Notes: a model not told the origin generated them from the sequence alone. A stretch of DNA of 59,440 bases from Roseiarcus sp. (GCA_036502965.1 DASXXT010000098.1:1-59440), one strand, 5' to 3'; counted from the stretch's first letter, positions 32,458 through 43,042 are shown. Numbers and translations: made by a program.

Positions 32458-33702
32458 TCACGGGCAGTTCGGGTTGTCGCGATTGGCGACGCCGAGCTTC
32501 ATAAAGTCCGCTTCGGGGATGCCAAGCGTCTGATTGACGGCGGGAATGACCTTGACGACCTTATTGTAGAGATGGCCGTCATCGGCCTTCGCAACTTCGG
32601 TCAGATAGTTGTCGGCCACCGCCTGCCGGTTCTTGTCTAGTGTGACCTTGCCGGTCGGGGTGTCGAGGTCGAGATGCGTGAGCGCGTCCCTGAGCTTGGC
32701 TTGATCGCCGGAGACGTCGCCGTTGACCTTATCGAGCGCCGCCAGCATCGCCTTCGCTTCGATGTAGTAGCCCTGCGCGAACAGCGACGGCGACGGGAAG
32801 CCGTCTTTGTAGGCGGCCTTGTACTCGTCGACGAACTTCTTCCACGGAGGGCCCTCGGCGTTGTCGGCGATCGGCCCGGCGGCCGGCGTGCCGATCACAT
32901 AGTCGCGCTGCTTGCCCTGGGTGCCGAGGACGGTCTGGTCGACAGTGATGGAACCGCCGATCAGCGGCGCCGTACCGCCCGCCTGCTGGTACTGGCTGAG
33001 GAAGTTCACGCCGTCTGCGCCGCCAAGCGCCACGTAGATCGCGTCGACCTTGTCTGGGATGGCGGCGATGACTGAGGAGAAGTCCTTGTTGCCGATCGGC
33101 ACCCAGAATTTCTTCGGCACGTGCCCGCCAGCCTTGCAGAAATCGGCCATGAAGCCGAACACCTGCGTATAGGGAAAGGAGTAGTCTTCGGCGACCGTCA
33201 CGACGGTATGATAGCCCTTGTCTTTGAAGGAGTACTCGCCGAGACCCGCCATCCACTGCGCTCCGTCGGTGGTGAAGCGGAAGAAGTTGGGCGCCGGATC
33301 GCGCAGAGTCGTATCCTGGGCGGCCGACGTGCCGTTGATGAAGGTGACGTTCGGCTGGGTCTTGGCATAGTCCTTGACCGCGAGGCCTTCGTCGCCCGAG
33401 AGGGGTCCGATCAGGATTTTCACGCCGTCCTTCTCGACAAGCTTGCGCGCGGCCTTGACCGCGCTGTCGGGAGACGCGTCCGACGAGCCCTTGATCACTT
33501 CGATTTTCTTACCGCCCGCCATATAATTGGCTTCCTTGAACGCAAGCTCGGCGCCGCGAACGCCGTCCTGGCCGAGCACGGTGAAGGGCCCTTCGAGCGT
33601 CGCAAGCAGCCCGACCTTGATCGAATCGTCCGCGCGAGCCCATTGGGGCGCAAGCGCTGTGCTTGAAAGCAGCGCCAGCGCAATTGATGTCTTGATTTTC
33701 AT
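32458..33702 (-). CDS. Branched-chain-type ABC substrate-binding protein
   Basis: Signal peptide, IKVGLLATLEG, GPLSGDEG, NFFRF and AEDYSF. Confidence 0.88.
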   Translation of the reverse strand: MKIKTSIALALLSSTALAPQWARADDSIKVGLLATLEGPFTVLGQDGVRGAELAFKEANYMAGGKKIEVIKGSSDASPDSAVKAARKLVEKDGVKILIGPLSGDEGLAVKDYAKTQPNVTFINGTSAAQDTTLRDPAPNFFRFTTDGAQWMAGLGEYSFKDKGYHTVVTVAEDYSFPYTQVFGFMADFCKAGGHVPKKFWVPIGNKDFSSVIAAIPDKVDAIYVALGGADGVNFLSQYQQAGGTAPLIGGSITVDQTVLGTQGKQRDYVIGTPAAGPIADNAEGPPWKKFVDEYKAAYKDGFPSPSLFAQGYYIEAKAMLAALDKVNGDVSGDQAKLRDALTHLDLDTPTGKVTLDKNRQAVADNYLTEVAKADDGHLYNKVVKVIPAVNQTLGIPEADFMKLGVANRDNPNCP

Positions 33703-33762
33703 TCGTTCCTCCCTGAGTTTAAGTTCCGTTCAGAAACCCTTGAACCTTCTTCCGCGGCAAGA

Positions 33763-35820
33763 TCATGCGTCCCGCAGAGGCTTTTGCGCCAGATGAGGCG
33801 CAAGGCGCCGCCAAAGACCCAGAAGGCCATCCGGCGAAACGAAGACAATGATGAGAAAGATCGCGCCGATCAGGGTGTTGAACCGGTCGGCGCCGACGAC
33901 GTCGATGGCGAAAGTCTTCAGCAGCACATAAAGCGCCGCCCCGAGGAAGGGCCCGATCGGATGCCGCATGCCGCCGATCATGGCAATGACCAGAATGCCG
34001 ATCGACTCGCTGACGCTCACGGTTCCGGGCGAAATGCGGCCGTTGAACCAGACGTAAAGCACGCCGGCAGCGCCAGCGATCAAGCCCGCGAAGAAAAAGG
34101 CGACGATCCTGAGCCAGGTGACATTATAGCCGACCGCGCGCGCGCGCCGCGGATTGTCTCGGCTCGCCATAAGGGCGAGGCCTAAGGTTGAACGCGCGGC
34201 GTAGACAACCGCCGAGTAAGTGAGCGCGGCGACCACGAGGCAGAGATAGTAGAACGGAATCGAGCTTCGCCACGAGACTCCAAAAACGTCGGGCGGAGCG
34301 ATCCCGCGAAAGCCCGAATGGCCGTTGAACAACGAGTAGTTCTGCTGGGCGAGATAGAAGAACGCCACACCGACGGCGAGCGTGATCATGATCGTATAGA
34401 TGCCGGCGGTGCGCACGGCGATCGCCCCGATGAGCGCGGAAACGATCCCCGCTATGAGGATCGAAAGGGGCACGTTGATCTCCCATGGCCAATTAAGGCC
34501 GAGAACGCCCGTGCCGTTGGGCCCAAGGATCGCAACCGCGTAGCCCGCGATGCCGGCAACAGTCAGCTGCGCCATCGAGACCATCCCCCCATACCCGCCG
34601 AGGATCGTAAGCGACAGCGCGATCATGCCAAGGATCAGTGTTTGTGCGCCAAGCTGAAACACGATGAATGGCGAAGCAACGACGGGAAAGAGGACCAGCG
34701 CGACGGCGAGCGCCCCCGCGGCCGGCGTAAACTCGACCGGCACAATGTCGCCCGCTGCGGGGGGGCGTGGCGGGTCCGCGAGCCGAGTCCGGGCGTTGCC
34801 CATGATTCCCTGCGGACGCAGCGCAAGCGTCACCACCATGATGACGAAGGTCAGGACGACGCCATAGGTCGGGATGTAGACGAGGCCCAATTGTTCCGCG
34901 AGCCCGATCAGAAGCGCGCCGATCGCCGCGCCGGTGATCGAGCCCATGCCGCCGACGATGACGACGACGAGCGACGCCATTAAATAGCGCACGTCTTCGC
35001 CGGGCGCGACGGAGAGCGCCGAGCCGCCGATCACGCCGGAAAGCCCCGCTAGAAGGCCGCCGATCGCGAAGACGCCGACAAAGAGCAGGCGAACGTTCAC
35101 GCCCGTCGCAGACAGCATGCCGCGGTCGTCGACCCCAGCGCGAATCATCATGCCAAACCGCGTCGTGTGGAGCGCAAGCCAAAGGCCCGCGCCGACTACG
35201 AGCGAAATCGCCAGGACGACGAGGCGGTAAAAAGGGTAGCGGAGCGTCACGATCTGGCCGTTCGACTTGACGGCGGTGATGATCGGCGTGGCGACCGCGC
35301 CGTCGAGCATCGAGGGAATTGAAAATTGATAGGTCTTGCCGCCCCAGATCGCCAGCATGAGGTCCGCCGCGACGATCGAAATGCCTATGGTGACGAGCGT
35401 CTGCCGCAGGTCGTCGCCCGTCAGCCTCTGGAAGACGAAAATCTGCAAGAGTGCGCCGACCGCGGCGATTGCGAGCGCCCCGAAAACGACGCCGACAAAC
35501 CAGTTTCCGCTCCACGTCGCGGCGTCGAAGCCGATATAGGCGCCGAGGAGGTAAAGCGAACCGTGCGCAAGATTGACGTTGCGCATGAGGCCGAAAACGA
35601 GTGTGAAGCCGCTCGCGACGAGGAAATAGAGGCCCGCAAGCGTCACGCCATTCAGGACCGCGCTGACGAAAGTCTTCTTTCCGCCTAAGAGCCAGTCGAG
35701 CCAGTCGGGCCAGACGCCGAATATCATCCATAACAGTACGGCGCCGGCCAGGAGACAGGCACCGATCGAGAGCTGCCGCGGCGTGGGGCCGGCGGCGGCA
35801 TTGATGACCGCAAGGCTCAT
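33763..35820 (-). CDS. Fused LivH-LivM ABC permease
   Basis: GFTLVFGLMRNVNLAHG (LivH) followed by GYGGMVSMAQ and GIYTIMITLA (LivM). Confidence 0.88.
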   Translation of the reverse strand: MSLAVINAAAGPTPRQLSIGACLLAGAVLLWMIFGVWPDWLDWLLGGKKTFVSAVLNGVTLAGLYFLVASGFTLVFGLMRNVNLAHGSLYLLGAYIGFDAATWSGNWFVGVVFGALAIAAVGALLQIFVFQRLTGDDLRQTLVTIGISIVAADLMLAIWGGKTYQFSIPSMLDGAVATPIITAVKSNGQIVTLRYPFYRLVVLAISLVVGAGLWLALHTTRFGMMIRAGVDDRGMLSATGVNVRLLFVGVFAIGGLLAGLSGVIGGSALSVAPGEDVRYLMASLVVVIVGGMGSITGAAIGALLIGLAEQLGLVYIPTYGVVLTFVIMVVTLALRPQGIMGNARTRLADPPRPPAAGDIVPVEFTPAAGALAVALVLFPVVASPFIVFQLGAQTLILGMIALSLTILGGYGGMVSMAQLTVAGIAGYAVAILGPNGTGVLGLNWPWEINVPLSILIAGIVSALIGAIAVRTAGIYTIMITLAVGVAFFYLAQQNYSLFNGHSGFRGIAPPDVFGVSWRSSIPFYYLCLVVAALTYSAVVYAARSTLGLALMASRDNPRRARAVGYNVTWLRIVAFFFAGLIAGAAGVLYVWFNGRISPGTVSVSESIGILVIAMIGGMRHPIGPFLGAALYVLLKTFAIDVVGADRFNTLIGAIFLIIVFVSPDGLLGLWRRLAPHLAQKPLRDA

Positions 35821-37136
35821 GCGCTGAGGCGCCGCCGCTGTTCGTTCATCCGCGGCGACTTATGGAACTCGCCGTCCTTCATAATGGCGAGGAGCCGGTT
35901 CTTGTCCTGCAGGATGCGGATGTTGGCGATCGGGTCGCCATCGACCAGGAGGAGGTCGGCAAGGTAGCCCTGCTTCACCATCCCGAGTTCGCCGCTCATG
36001 CCCATGATCTCGCCGCCAAGTTTCGTGCCGGCAAGGATCGCCTCCATAGGGGAGAGGCCGACCATATCGACGAAATATTCGAGATCCTTGGCGTTCGTGC
36101 CTTGGGGTGTCCAGGCGAAGCCATAGTCGCCGCCGATCAGCACGCGGATGCCGCGGCGCTGCATCTTGCGGCAGGTCTCGACCGCGTGTTCGAGCTCACG
36201 CTCATAACTGATCGCGACCGGCGAGCCCGGCTTGACGCCGTATTCGCCGGCGTTCCGAGCCGTGTTGATGAGCCAGGCGAGGCCGGGCGCGACGAAATGC
36301 CGGTCCTTCGCAGCCTCCAGCATGTCGAGCGCTTCCTCGTCCGCGAACGAGGCATGGTAGATGACACCGATCCCATGGCGGACGCATTGCTTGATCGACC
36401 CCGATGAGCGCGCATGGGCGGCAAGCGACTTGTTGCGAAGGCGCGCCTCCTTCACGGCCATCGCCACCTCCTCGTCCGACATCGGGGTCTCTTCCGCCCC
36501 CATGCCGGTGATCTCTTCTCCAGAGAGGTTCAGCTTGATCGTGTCGACGCCGTATTTGATCAACGTCCTGACCGTGCGCCTGACTTCCTCCGGCCCGGAG
36601 ACGACGAGACCGAGATTGAGTCCTTCGTGCGGGATGTGCGAGGGTGCCGAATCGCCGAGGCCCCCCACCGTCGTGATTTCGGGCCCGGCCGCGAGATAGC
36701 GCGGCCCCGGGATCATGCCCTTGTTGATTGCGTTGCGAACGACGACATCGAGCCGCGGCTTGGCGGCGGCTGCGCCCCGGCCGGCGGTGAAGCCGGCGTC
36801 GAGCACGATCTTGGCCATTTGCGCCGTGACGAGGGTGTGCTCCTCCGGCGGCATCATCTGGATCGGGTCGATGCCAGGTGCGTTGTTCCACGACAAATGC
36901 AGGTGCGCGTCGATGAGGCCGGGCATCAGCGTCGCGCCCATGCCGTCGATGACTGTCTGCCCGCCGCCTGCGCTTATTCCCCCCGGCAGGCGCGAGCCGC
37001 CCTTCGTAACCTGGCGTATGCGATTGCCCTGAATGACAACCTCGCCGGTGTAGGGATAGTCGCCGCTGCCGTCCAGGATGCGGACATTGGTAAAGACGAC
37101 TCCGCCATTCGATCCGCCGATTCTGTCCTCCGCCAT
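35817..37136 (-). CDS. Metal-dependent amidohydrolase (prolidase-like), paralog of 21689-22975
   Basis: MPGLIDAHLH, GPEITTVGGLGD, AAHAR and GGDYGF. Confidence 0.88.
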   Translation of the reverse strand: MAEDRIGGSNGGVVFTNVRILDGSGDYPYTGEVVIQGNRIRQVTKGGSRLPGGISAGGGQTVIDGMGATLMPGLIDAHLHLSWNNAPGIDPIQMMPPEEHTLVTAQMAKIVLDAGFTAGRGAAAAKPRLDVVVRNAINKGMIPGPRYLAAGPEITTVGGLGDSAPSHIPHEGLNLGLVVSGPEEVRRTVRTLIKYGVDTIKLNLSGEEITGMGAEETPMSDEEVAMAVKEARLRNKSLAAHARSSGSIKQCVRHGIGVIYHASFADEEALDMLEAAKDRHFVAPGLAWLINTARNAGEYGVKPGSPVAISYERELEHAVETCRKMQRRGIRVLIGGDYGFAWTPQGTNAKDLEYFVDMVGLSPMEAILAGTKLGGEIMGMSGELGMVKQGYLADLLLVDGDPIANIRILQDKNRLLAIMKDGEFHKSPRMNEQRRRLSA

Positions 37137-37177
37137 GGTTCGTTCTCCCAGTGGTCTTCCCAAGTTGCGCGCTTGCT

Positions 37178-37957
37178 TTAAGGAGCACTAGTCCTGATGT
37201 GGTCCGTCGCGAGGCGCGAACATTCCTTCGGTTGTTCGAGCGGAGTCCAATGGCCGCATCGCGACAGCACCTTGAGCCGTGCTCCCCTGATCCTGTCGGC
37301 GAGCGCCTGCGCCACGGTCGGGGGCGCAACGCCGTCATCCTCCCCCGTCACGAGTAAAGTCGGACAGCGGATCGCCCGGATGTCGGCGGCCTTCGCGCCG
37401 GCCAACGCCTCGCAGGACTGCGCAAAGCCTTCCGCCTCCTGACGAAGATGCAATTCACGCACGAAGGCGTGGGCGAGCGGATTCGCCTCCTTCGTGGAGC
37501 TCGACAGTCCCGCCGAGGCGACCGCGTCGGCGACGCCGATCATGCCGTCCTGCCGCACGAGGCGGGCCCGATCGCGCAAGCGCTCGCGGGCGGCGTCGGC
37601 GGGTTCGCTGATCGGACCGAACAGCGTCAGGCTCGCGACCGTTTCCGGCGCGCCTGCCGCCACATGCTGCGCAATGAGCGTTCCCATCGAATGGCCGACG
37701 ACATGGGCAGGCGCGCCCGCAACTCGCTTCAGCACATCAAGGACGGCGGCGGCAAGGGCCGTGATGGTGAGCGCTTCATAGGGGCGCGGCGAGCGGCCCG
37801 AGCCCGGAAGATCAGGACGAATGCAGCGAAAGCCGGCGAAGGCGCCGAGCAGCGGGTGAAAAGAGCTCGAGGTCGCGCCCAGGCCATGCACGAAGACGAC
37901 CGGAGCGCCGTCGCCGTCAACCTCGAGCTGCATCGAGCCGACCGTCATGCCGGTCAC
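37178..37957 (-). CDS. Alpha/beta hydrolase (PcaD enol-lactonase-like)
   Basis: FVHGLG, GHSMG, GEDD and GHW catalytic triad; GTG start overlaps the FAH stop. Confidence 0.87.
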   Translation of the reverse strand: MTGMTVGSMQLEVDGDGAPVVFVHGLGATSSSFHPLLGAFAGFRCIRPDLPGSGRSPRPYEALTITALAAAVLDVLKRVAGAPAHVVGHSMGTLIAQHVAAGAPETVASLTLFGPISEPADAARERLRDRARLVRQDGMIGVADAVASAGLSSSTKEANPLAHAFVRELHLRQEAEGFAQSCEALAGAKAADIRAIRCPTLLVTGEDDGVAPPTVAQALADRIRGARLKVLSRCGHWTPLEQPKECSRLATDHIRTSAP

Positions 37958-38826
37958 GCGCGGAGTTCCTTCACCACGTTTTCCAAGACTCCGATTCCGC
38001 CGATCTCGATCCGGGCGACATCGCCCGGAATCAGATATTTCGGCGGGCTGAAGCCGATTCCGACGCCCGCGGGAGTGCCGGTCGCGATAACGTCGCCGGG
38101 CACGAGGGTCACGCCCGCTGAAATCGTTTCGATAATGGTCGGCACGTCGAAGATGAGGTCGCGGGTATTCGCGTCCTGCCGCAATTCGCTGTTGATCCAG
38201 CACTGGATGTGCGTGTCGGACAGATCGATCTCGTCTCGCGTGACGGCCCAGGGCCCCATGGGACAGAAAGTGTCCTGAGACTTTCCGACAAGCCATTGGC
38301 TGTAGAGGCCCTGCAGGTCGCGCGCCGTCACATCGTTGATAATCGTATAGCCCCACACATGGTCGAGGGCCACGGCCCGTTTGATTCCGCGTCCGCCGCG
38401 GCCGATGATCACGGCCAGCTCAGCCTCGTAGTCGATGGCCCGCGTCAGGTCAGGATCGATCCGGACCGGCTCCCGGTGAGCAATCACCGACTCCGGCACC
38501 TTCGAAAAAATGATCGGATGCTTGGGCGCGGCGCCGCTTGCGGCGCTAGAGTCGAAGCCGCTAAGGGCGAATTCCTTCGCGTGCTCGTGGTAGTTTTTCC
38601 CGACGCAGAAGATGTTGCGGCGCGGACGAGGAATTGGCGCTTCCAGAGTGGTTTCGCGAAGGGGAATAGGCGAGAGGGTCGCGGGCGCCGACTCCCGTCC
38701 GACCAGCGCGAGCAAACCTCCCGCCGCCTCATGCGAGGGCAGGTCGAAGGGCGCGACGGTCTGGCGCTTCTCGTCGACGACGCCGATCCTGAGTTCGTCA
38801 CCTACCCAAAACGCTGCAATCTTCAC
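37954..38826 (-). CDS. Fumarylacetoacetate hydrolase family protein
   Basis: IFCVGKNY..H, DYEAEL, NDVTARDLQ, GKSQDTFCPMGP and TGTPAGVG. Confidence 0.92.
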   Translation of the reverse strand: MKIAAFWVGDELRIGVVDEKRQTVAPFDLPSHEAAGGLLALVGRESAPATLSPIPLRETTLEAPIPRPRRNIFCVGKNYHEHAKEFALSGFDSSAASGAAPKHPIIFSKVPESVIAHREPVRIDPDLTRAIDYEAELAVIIGRGGRGIKRAVALDHVWGYTIINDVTARDLQGLYSQWLVGKSQDTFCPMGPWAVTRDEIDLSDTHIQCWINSELRQDANTRDLIFDVPTIIETISAGVTLVPGDVIATGTPAGVGIGFSPPKYLIPGDVARIEIGGIGVLENVVKELRA

Positions 38827-39040
38827 GGCGTCCCCGTCCCGATGTTTGAACCAAGTGAAGGCCAAAGCGGCGCAAAAAGCAAGCCCTGATAGCTTGCTCC
38901 TCAGCGCGTTCGGACGGGCCGCCTTTTAAGGGCGACCAGCCCATCGCTTGCAATTTCTGGCGCTGCGTGCTGTCCCTATGCGCCCTCGAAGGCGTTTCGG
39001 CGTCGTCCGAATGGTCCACAATTGGCTCAACGAGGCTGCG

Positions 39041-39790
39041 ATGCCCAGATGGATTGCGGGAGAGGTCGAGCAATCGTTGCGGCGCCGGATCGAATCGGGC
39101 GAATGGCGTCAGACGCGGCGGCTGCCGAACGAGCGCGAGCTCGCTGTCCAGTATGGAGTCGCCCGCAACACGGTTCGCTCGGCGATCGACAGGATCGTCA
39201 GCGACGGCGCGCTCATCCGGGAAGTCGGCCGAGGCACTTTTCTCTCGAACGACCGGGATCCTGATTTTCAAAGCGTTGTTCGCAAGCTCTCGGGAGCAAG
39301 CCCGCTCGATGTCATGGCTGTCCGCATGATTGTCGAACCAAGAGCGGCGGCGCTGGCGGCCGCTCGCGGCAGCGCTAGCGAACTCGAAGCGGTCGCTGCC
39401 GCCCATGGCTCGGCTACGCACGCCATTGAGAGCGGAGCCTTCGAGCGCTGGGACGCGGAGTTCCATCAGAGGATCTTCGCCGCCACCCGCAACGAGCTCC
39501 TGAACAATGTCCACGAATTGCTTAGATTAATTCGAAGCCAGGATCTTTGGATCGAGCTCAAGCGCCGCTCGTTCAGCGTCGAGCGAAGGTTGCGTTACTG
39601 CGATGAGCACGCGGCAATTCTCGCCGGGTTGCTGAAGCGACACGCGGAAGAAGCGAGCAGCGCGATGCTGATTCATTTACAGACCGTCGAAGAAAATCTT
39701 GCTTCCGTTCCTGCTCTCTCGCCTTCGGCAAATACTCGGCTCTACTCGTCAGCCAGAGATCCTCCGGAGCCAGCGTTTCGACGAAAATAA
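39041..39790 (+). CDS. GntR/FadR family transcriptional regulator
   Basis: LPNERELA..YGVARNTVR...GRGTF wHTH plus FCD domain (DAEFH, EH); divergent from the 33-kb run. Confidence 0.9.
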   Translation: MPRWIAGEVEQSLRRRIESGEWRQTRRLPNERELAVQYGVARNTVRSAIDRIVSDGALIREVGRGTFLSNDRDPDFQSVVRKLSGASPLDVMAVRMIVEPRAAALAAARGSASELEAVAAAHGSATHAIESGAFERWDAEFHQRIFAATRNELLNNVHELLRLIRSQDLWIELKRRSFSVERRLRYCDEHAAILAGLLKRHAEEASSAMLIHLQTVEENLASVPALSPSANTRLYSSARDPPEPAFRRK

Positions 39791-39822
39791 GAATGGAAAA
39801 TAAGAATGGAATGCGAGCTTAG

Positions 39823-40080
39823 CACCGAGCAGCATTGATCGGAACGGCTTAGGCTGGCTGTTCAGCGGCGCCAAACCTTAGATGAAAGCTGGCGGCGCCT
39901 TAGCTGACGGAAGCGCCGGCGCGATACGAAAGGTCTCCGATGCCGCTGTTTCCATCGGCGCCTCAAATCCCCGAGTCTTCGCTACTGCGCAGGCGAACAT
40001 CGCCGAGCTCATGGACCGCCAGCCATTGGTGCTAGGCGCCACCGGCCGGAGCGTCGGCGCCGCTATGGCGGCCGCAGCCG
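39823..40080 (+). pseudogene. Degraded remnant of a membrane-anchored hypothetical protein
   Basis: Frameshifted AALIG./GLGWLFSG followed by IAELMDRQPLVLGA.G..VGAAMAA, resembling the NPL/QPL + TM segments of ElaB/DUF3618-like proteins. Confidence 0.4.
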
Positions 40081-40592
40081 CGCCAAGCGCGCCCGACCTT
40101 CCGCCAGGAATGTGAAGTTACATCCGTCCTTCGCATCATGTTGTGGCCGAGCAATCGCAGATCAGCCCCGGCAATAGGGACGATGTGCGATGGCAGGTGG
40201 AGCAACTCGATTTCGAAGGATTTTCTTCTTTGATCACGATTCGCGCGATAAGGGCGACGTCGGCGGATGCGCCCCGTTCGCTGACGGTCCGCGGTCTGAG
40301 CGGCCCAGTCCGATGGCGGTTCTCTTCATCCATCAAACGGTTGGCGGAAAGAAGGCCAGGCCCGCCATCGGCCCGCGGTCATGCGGTCTCAGCGGCGCGC
40401 GGCGCGGCTTCCGGCGATGAATGATCAATGTCGAACCAAAGTTGCATTGACGCGCCGGCTGTCTATGGACCTAATCTTAGTCATCCGGCCTGCAACCGCC
40501 TGGGATTTGGGTCGATTGCAGGCTAAGAGGAAAGCAGCGAATACGGGGTTCCAGGTCGCGACCGGAATCAAGCCGTCGATGGGAGGAACAAT

Positions 40593-41960
40593 ATGGCCGA
40601 GTTCGTATTCGAAAACGAGGGTGCAGGTACGGTTTCGCGTCGCCACGCGCTGAAGCTGGTGGCGGGCGCGACGGGCGCTACTCTGATACCCCGGTTTTTC
40701 GGCCAAGTGGGCAGGGCGTACGCAGATGACAAGCCGCCGCTCGGCACTTGGCCTGCCGGATCGCAGGGCGACTCGGTCACGATCGGCGCCGCCGTTCCTC
40801 GTACGGGCGCCTACGCCGTCCAGGGAGAGGATGAACTCAAAGGCATGCAGCTTGCCGTTGAACACTTGAATGAGGGGAATGACCTGATCAAACAGATCGC
40901 GCCCAAGGTGACCAAGGGCGTTTTAGGCAAGCAGGTCAATCTTGTCGTCGCCGATTCGGCCGCAAAGCCGAACAATGCGGTGCAGGAGCAACAAGTCTTC
41001 ATTAATGAGAACAAGATCATCGCTATGACAGGGTCGACCTCATCGGCGGTCGCCGTGGCTTTGAACAAGTTCGCCCAGCGCGAGAAGGTTCTCTATCTCG
41101 TAGCGATCTCCGGCTCAAATGACACGACCGGGAAGGATTGCACGCGCTATTCGTTCCGGCAGTGCTTCTATGGAGAGACTGCGGCGAATGCGATCGGCCC
41201 GGTGCTGCTGAAGAACTTCGGCAAGAACAAGAAGGCGGCGTTCATGACGCCGGACTACACCTACGGCCATACCGTCACGAAGTCGGTGAACGACTATCTC
41301 AGTTCGCAGGGCGGCTGGACAATGGTCACGAACCAGATTTCGCCGCTCGGGACGCAGGACTTCAGCCAGTACCTCACCAATATCGCCAGTTCCGGCTCTG
41401 AGTTCATCATCAATGTGAATTGGGGCCGGGACGCGGTGTTGTCGGTGCAACAGGCCAAGCAGTTCGGCCTGACCCCGAAAATGAACATGGTGATTCCTTA
41501 CCAGATCCCCTTCCTCGCCAAGGAAGTCGGTCCGGAACTGACCGAAGGCGTATTCGCCGCCACCGACTTCTGGTGGACGCTGGAGGACAAGTACCCCTTG
41601 GCCAAGATGTTCGTCGACGCGTTCCAGAAGAAGTACAACTACCGGCCGGAATGGGGCGCCGAGAACAGCTACATGCAATTTGCGATCTGGGCGCGCATGG
41701 TCTCCGAGGCTGGCGGTTTTTACCCACCGGATGTGATCAAGCAATATGAGAAGGGCGAGACTTTTCCATCGATGGTGGGCGACGTGCGTTTCCGTCCCCA
41801 GGACCATCAATTGATCCGCCCCGTCGTAATCGTCCGAGGCAAGGCGCCGAAGGATATGAAGAACGAAGAAGACTATTGGGAGGTGCTTGAAGTGGTGCCG
41901 GGTGAGCCGCTGATGCAGAAGCCCGACGCCTTCGGCTGCGATCTCGGCGCCTATATCTGA
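40593..41960 (+). CDS. Branched-chain-type ABC substrate-binding protein with a Tat signal
   Basis: SRRHALK Tat motif, GSTSSAVA and PDYTYG. Confidence 0.88.
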   Translation: MAEFVFENEGAGTVSRRHALKLVAGATGATLIPRFFGQVGRAYADDKPPLGTWPAGSQGDSVTIGAAVPRTGAYAVQGEDELKGMQLAVEHLNEGNDLIKQIAPKVTKGVLGKQVNLVVADSAAKPNNAVQEQQVFINENKIIAMTGSTSSAVAVALNKFAQREKVLYLVAISGSNDTTGKDCTRYSFRQCFYGETAANAIGPVLLKNFGKNKKAAFMTPDYTYGHTVTKSVNDYLSSQGGWTMVTNQISPLGTQDFSQYLTNIASSGSEFIINVNWGRDAVLSVQQAKQFGLTPKMNMVIPYQIPFLAKEVGPELTEGVFAATDFWWTLEDKYPLAKMFVDAFQKKYNYRPEWGAENSYMQFAIWARMVSEAGGFYPPDVIKQYEKGETFPSMVGDVRFRPQDHQLIRPVVIVRGKAPKDMKNEEDYWEVLEVVPGEPLMQKPDAFGCDLGAYI

Positions 41961-42159
41961 CGGGCGCTGAAGCCTTCTCCGCGCCCCTCCACGTGGAGAA
42001 GGGCCTTTACCTGCACGAGCCAAGTCGACGCGAAACGGCGCGTTCGCGCCTTCGACATCCGGCCGCTTCGCACTCACACAATTGGCGGATCGCTCTTCGT
42101 GATAAGAGACATCAGGGCGGGACAAGCTAATTATCGACGTTGAGGCGGCGGGCAGAAGC

Positions 42160-43029
42160 GTGGTCAACTGGGAAGCCTTCATATCGCAATGTTTCAACGG
42201 GCTGGTGCTCGGCGCGCTTCTCGCGCTGATTTCCTCCGGCCTGACAATCATCTATGGTACGCTCGGCGTGCTTAACCTCGCGCACGGCGCGATGTTCATG
42301 CTGGGCGGCTATGCTGGTTGGGTTGCCTACGCTCATTCCGGATCGTTTATCCTGGCGGTTGTCGCGGGTTCGCTCTTTGTGATGCTGGTTGGGTTGCTGA
42401 TGGAGCGGGTGATTATCCGCCATTTCTACACGCGCCCGAACGAGGACCAGCTTCTTGTCACCTTCGGCCTTGGCATTGTCTTCGTGGAGGTCGTGCGCTT
42501 CTTCTTCGGCAGCCTCTCGAAAGCGGTTCCGCCGCCGATCGGCGGCACCACCTCGCTCGGCTTCATGGTTTATCCGACCTATCGGCTAGCCCTGCTCGGC
42601 TTGGTCACCGTGGCGCTGCTCGTGCTCTATTTCGTTCTTTACCGAACGCGCATCGGCATGATCGTACGTGCTGGAATCGAAGACTCCGTTACAGTCGATT
42701 CATTGGGGATCGACGTCTACAAGATCTTCATGCTGGTCTTCGGCATCGGCGCCATGGCCGCAGGTTTCGCGGGCATCGTCAATGCTCCAGTCGTCTCGAT
42801 CTCGCCTGACGTTGGCGAATCGATCCTCGTTCAGGCCTTCGTCGTTGTTGTCATTGGCGGCGTCGGCTCGTTTCCGGGCGCGGTGCTCGGAGGCCTCATC
42901 GCGGGCGAGATCATCAGCATCACGTCGATGTTCAATCCGGGCTATGCGTACGTCATGCTGTTCGTGGCGATGACGCTTGTGCTGGTGATCCGGCCCTATG
43001 GACTCCTCGGCGCGGCAGGCCGCGAGTGA
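42160..43029 (+). CDS. LivH-type permease
   Basis: GLTIIYGTLGVLNLAHG and VVVVIGGVGS. Confidence 0.9.
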   Translation: MVNWEAFISQCFNGLVLGALLALISSGLTIIYGTLGVLNLAHGAMFMLGGYAGWVAYAHSGSFILAVVAGSLFVMLVGLLMERVIIRHFYTRPNEDQLLVTFGLGIVFVEVVRFFFGSLSKAVPPPIGGTTSLGFMVYPTYRLALLGLVTVALLVLYFVLYRTRIGMIVRAGIEDSVTVDSLGIDVYKIFMLVFGIGAMAAGFAGIVNAPVVSISPDVGESILVQAFVVVVIGGVGSFPGAVLGGLIAGEIISITSMFNPGYAYVMLFVAMTLVLVIRPYGLLGAAGRE

Positions 43030-43042
43030 ACGCGGTCCACCT

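Noticed and set aside
39010-39024. FadR-type operator AATGGTCCACAATT
   Set aside because: Only a loose match to TGGT-N-ACCA; cannot be supported without comparative data.
41973-42002. Hairpin CCTTCTCC...GGAGAAGG after the SBP gene (similar hairpin near 11667-11692)
   Set aside because: An ordinary intercistronic stem-loop, as commonly found after binding-protein genes.
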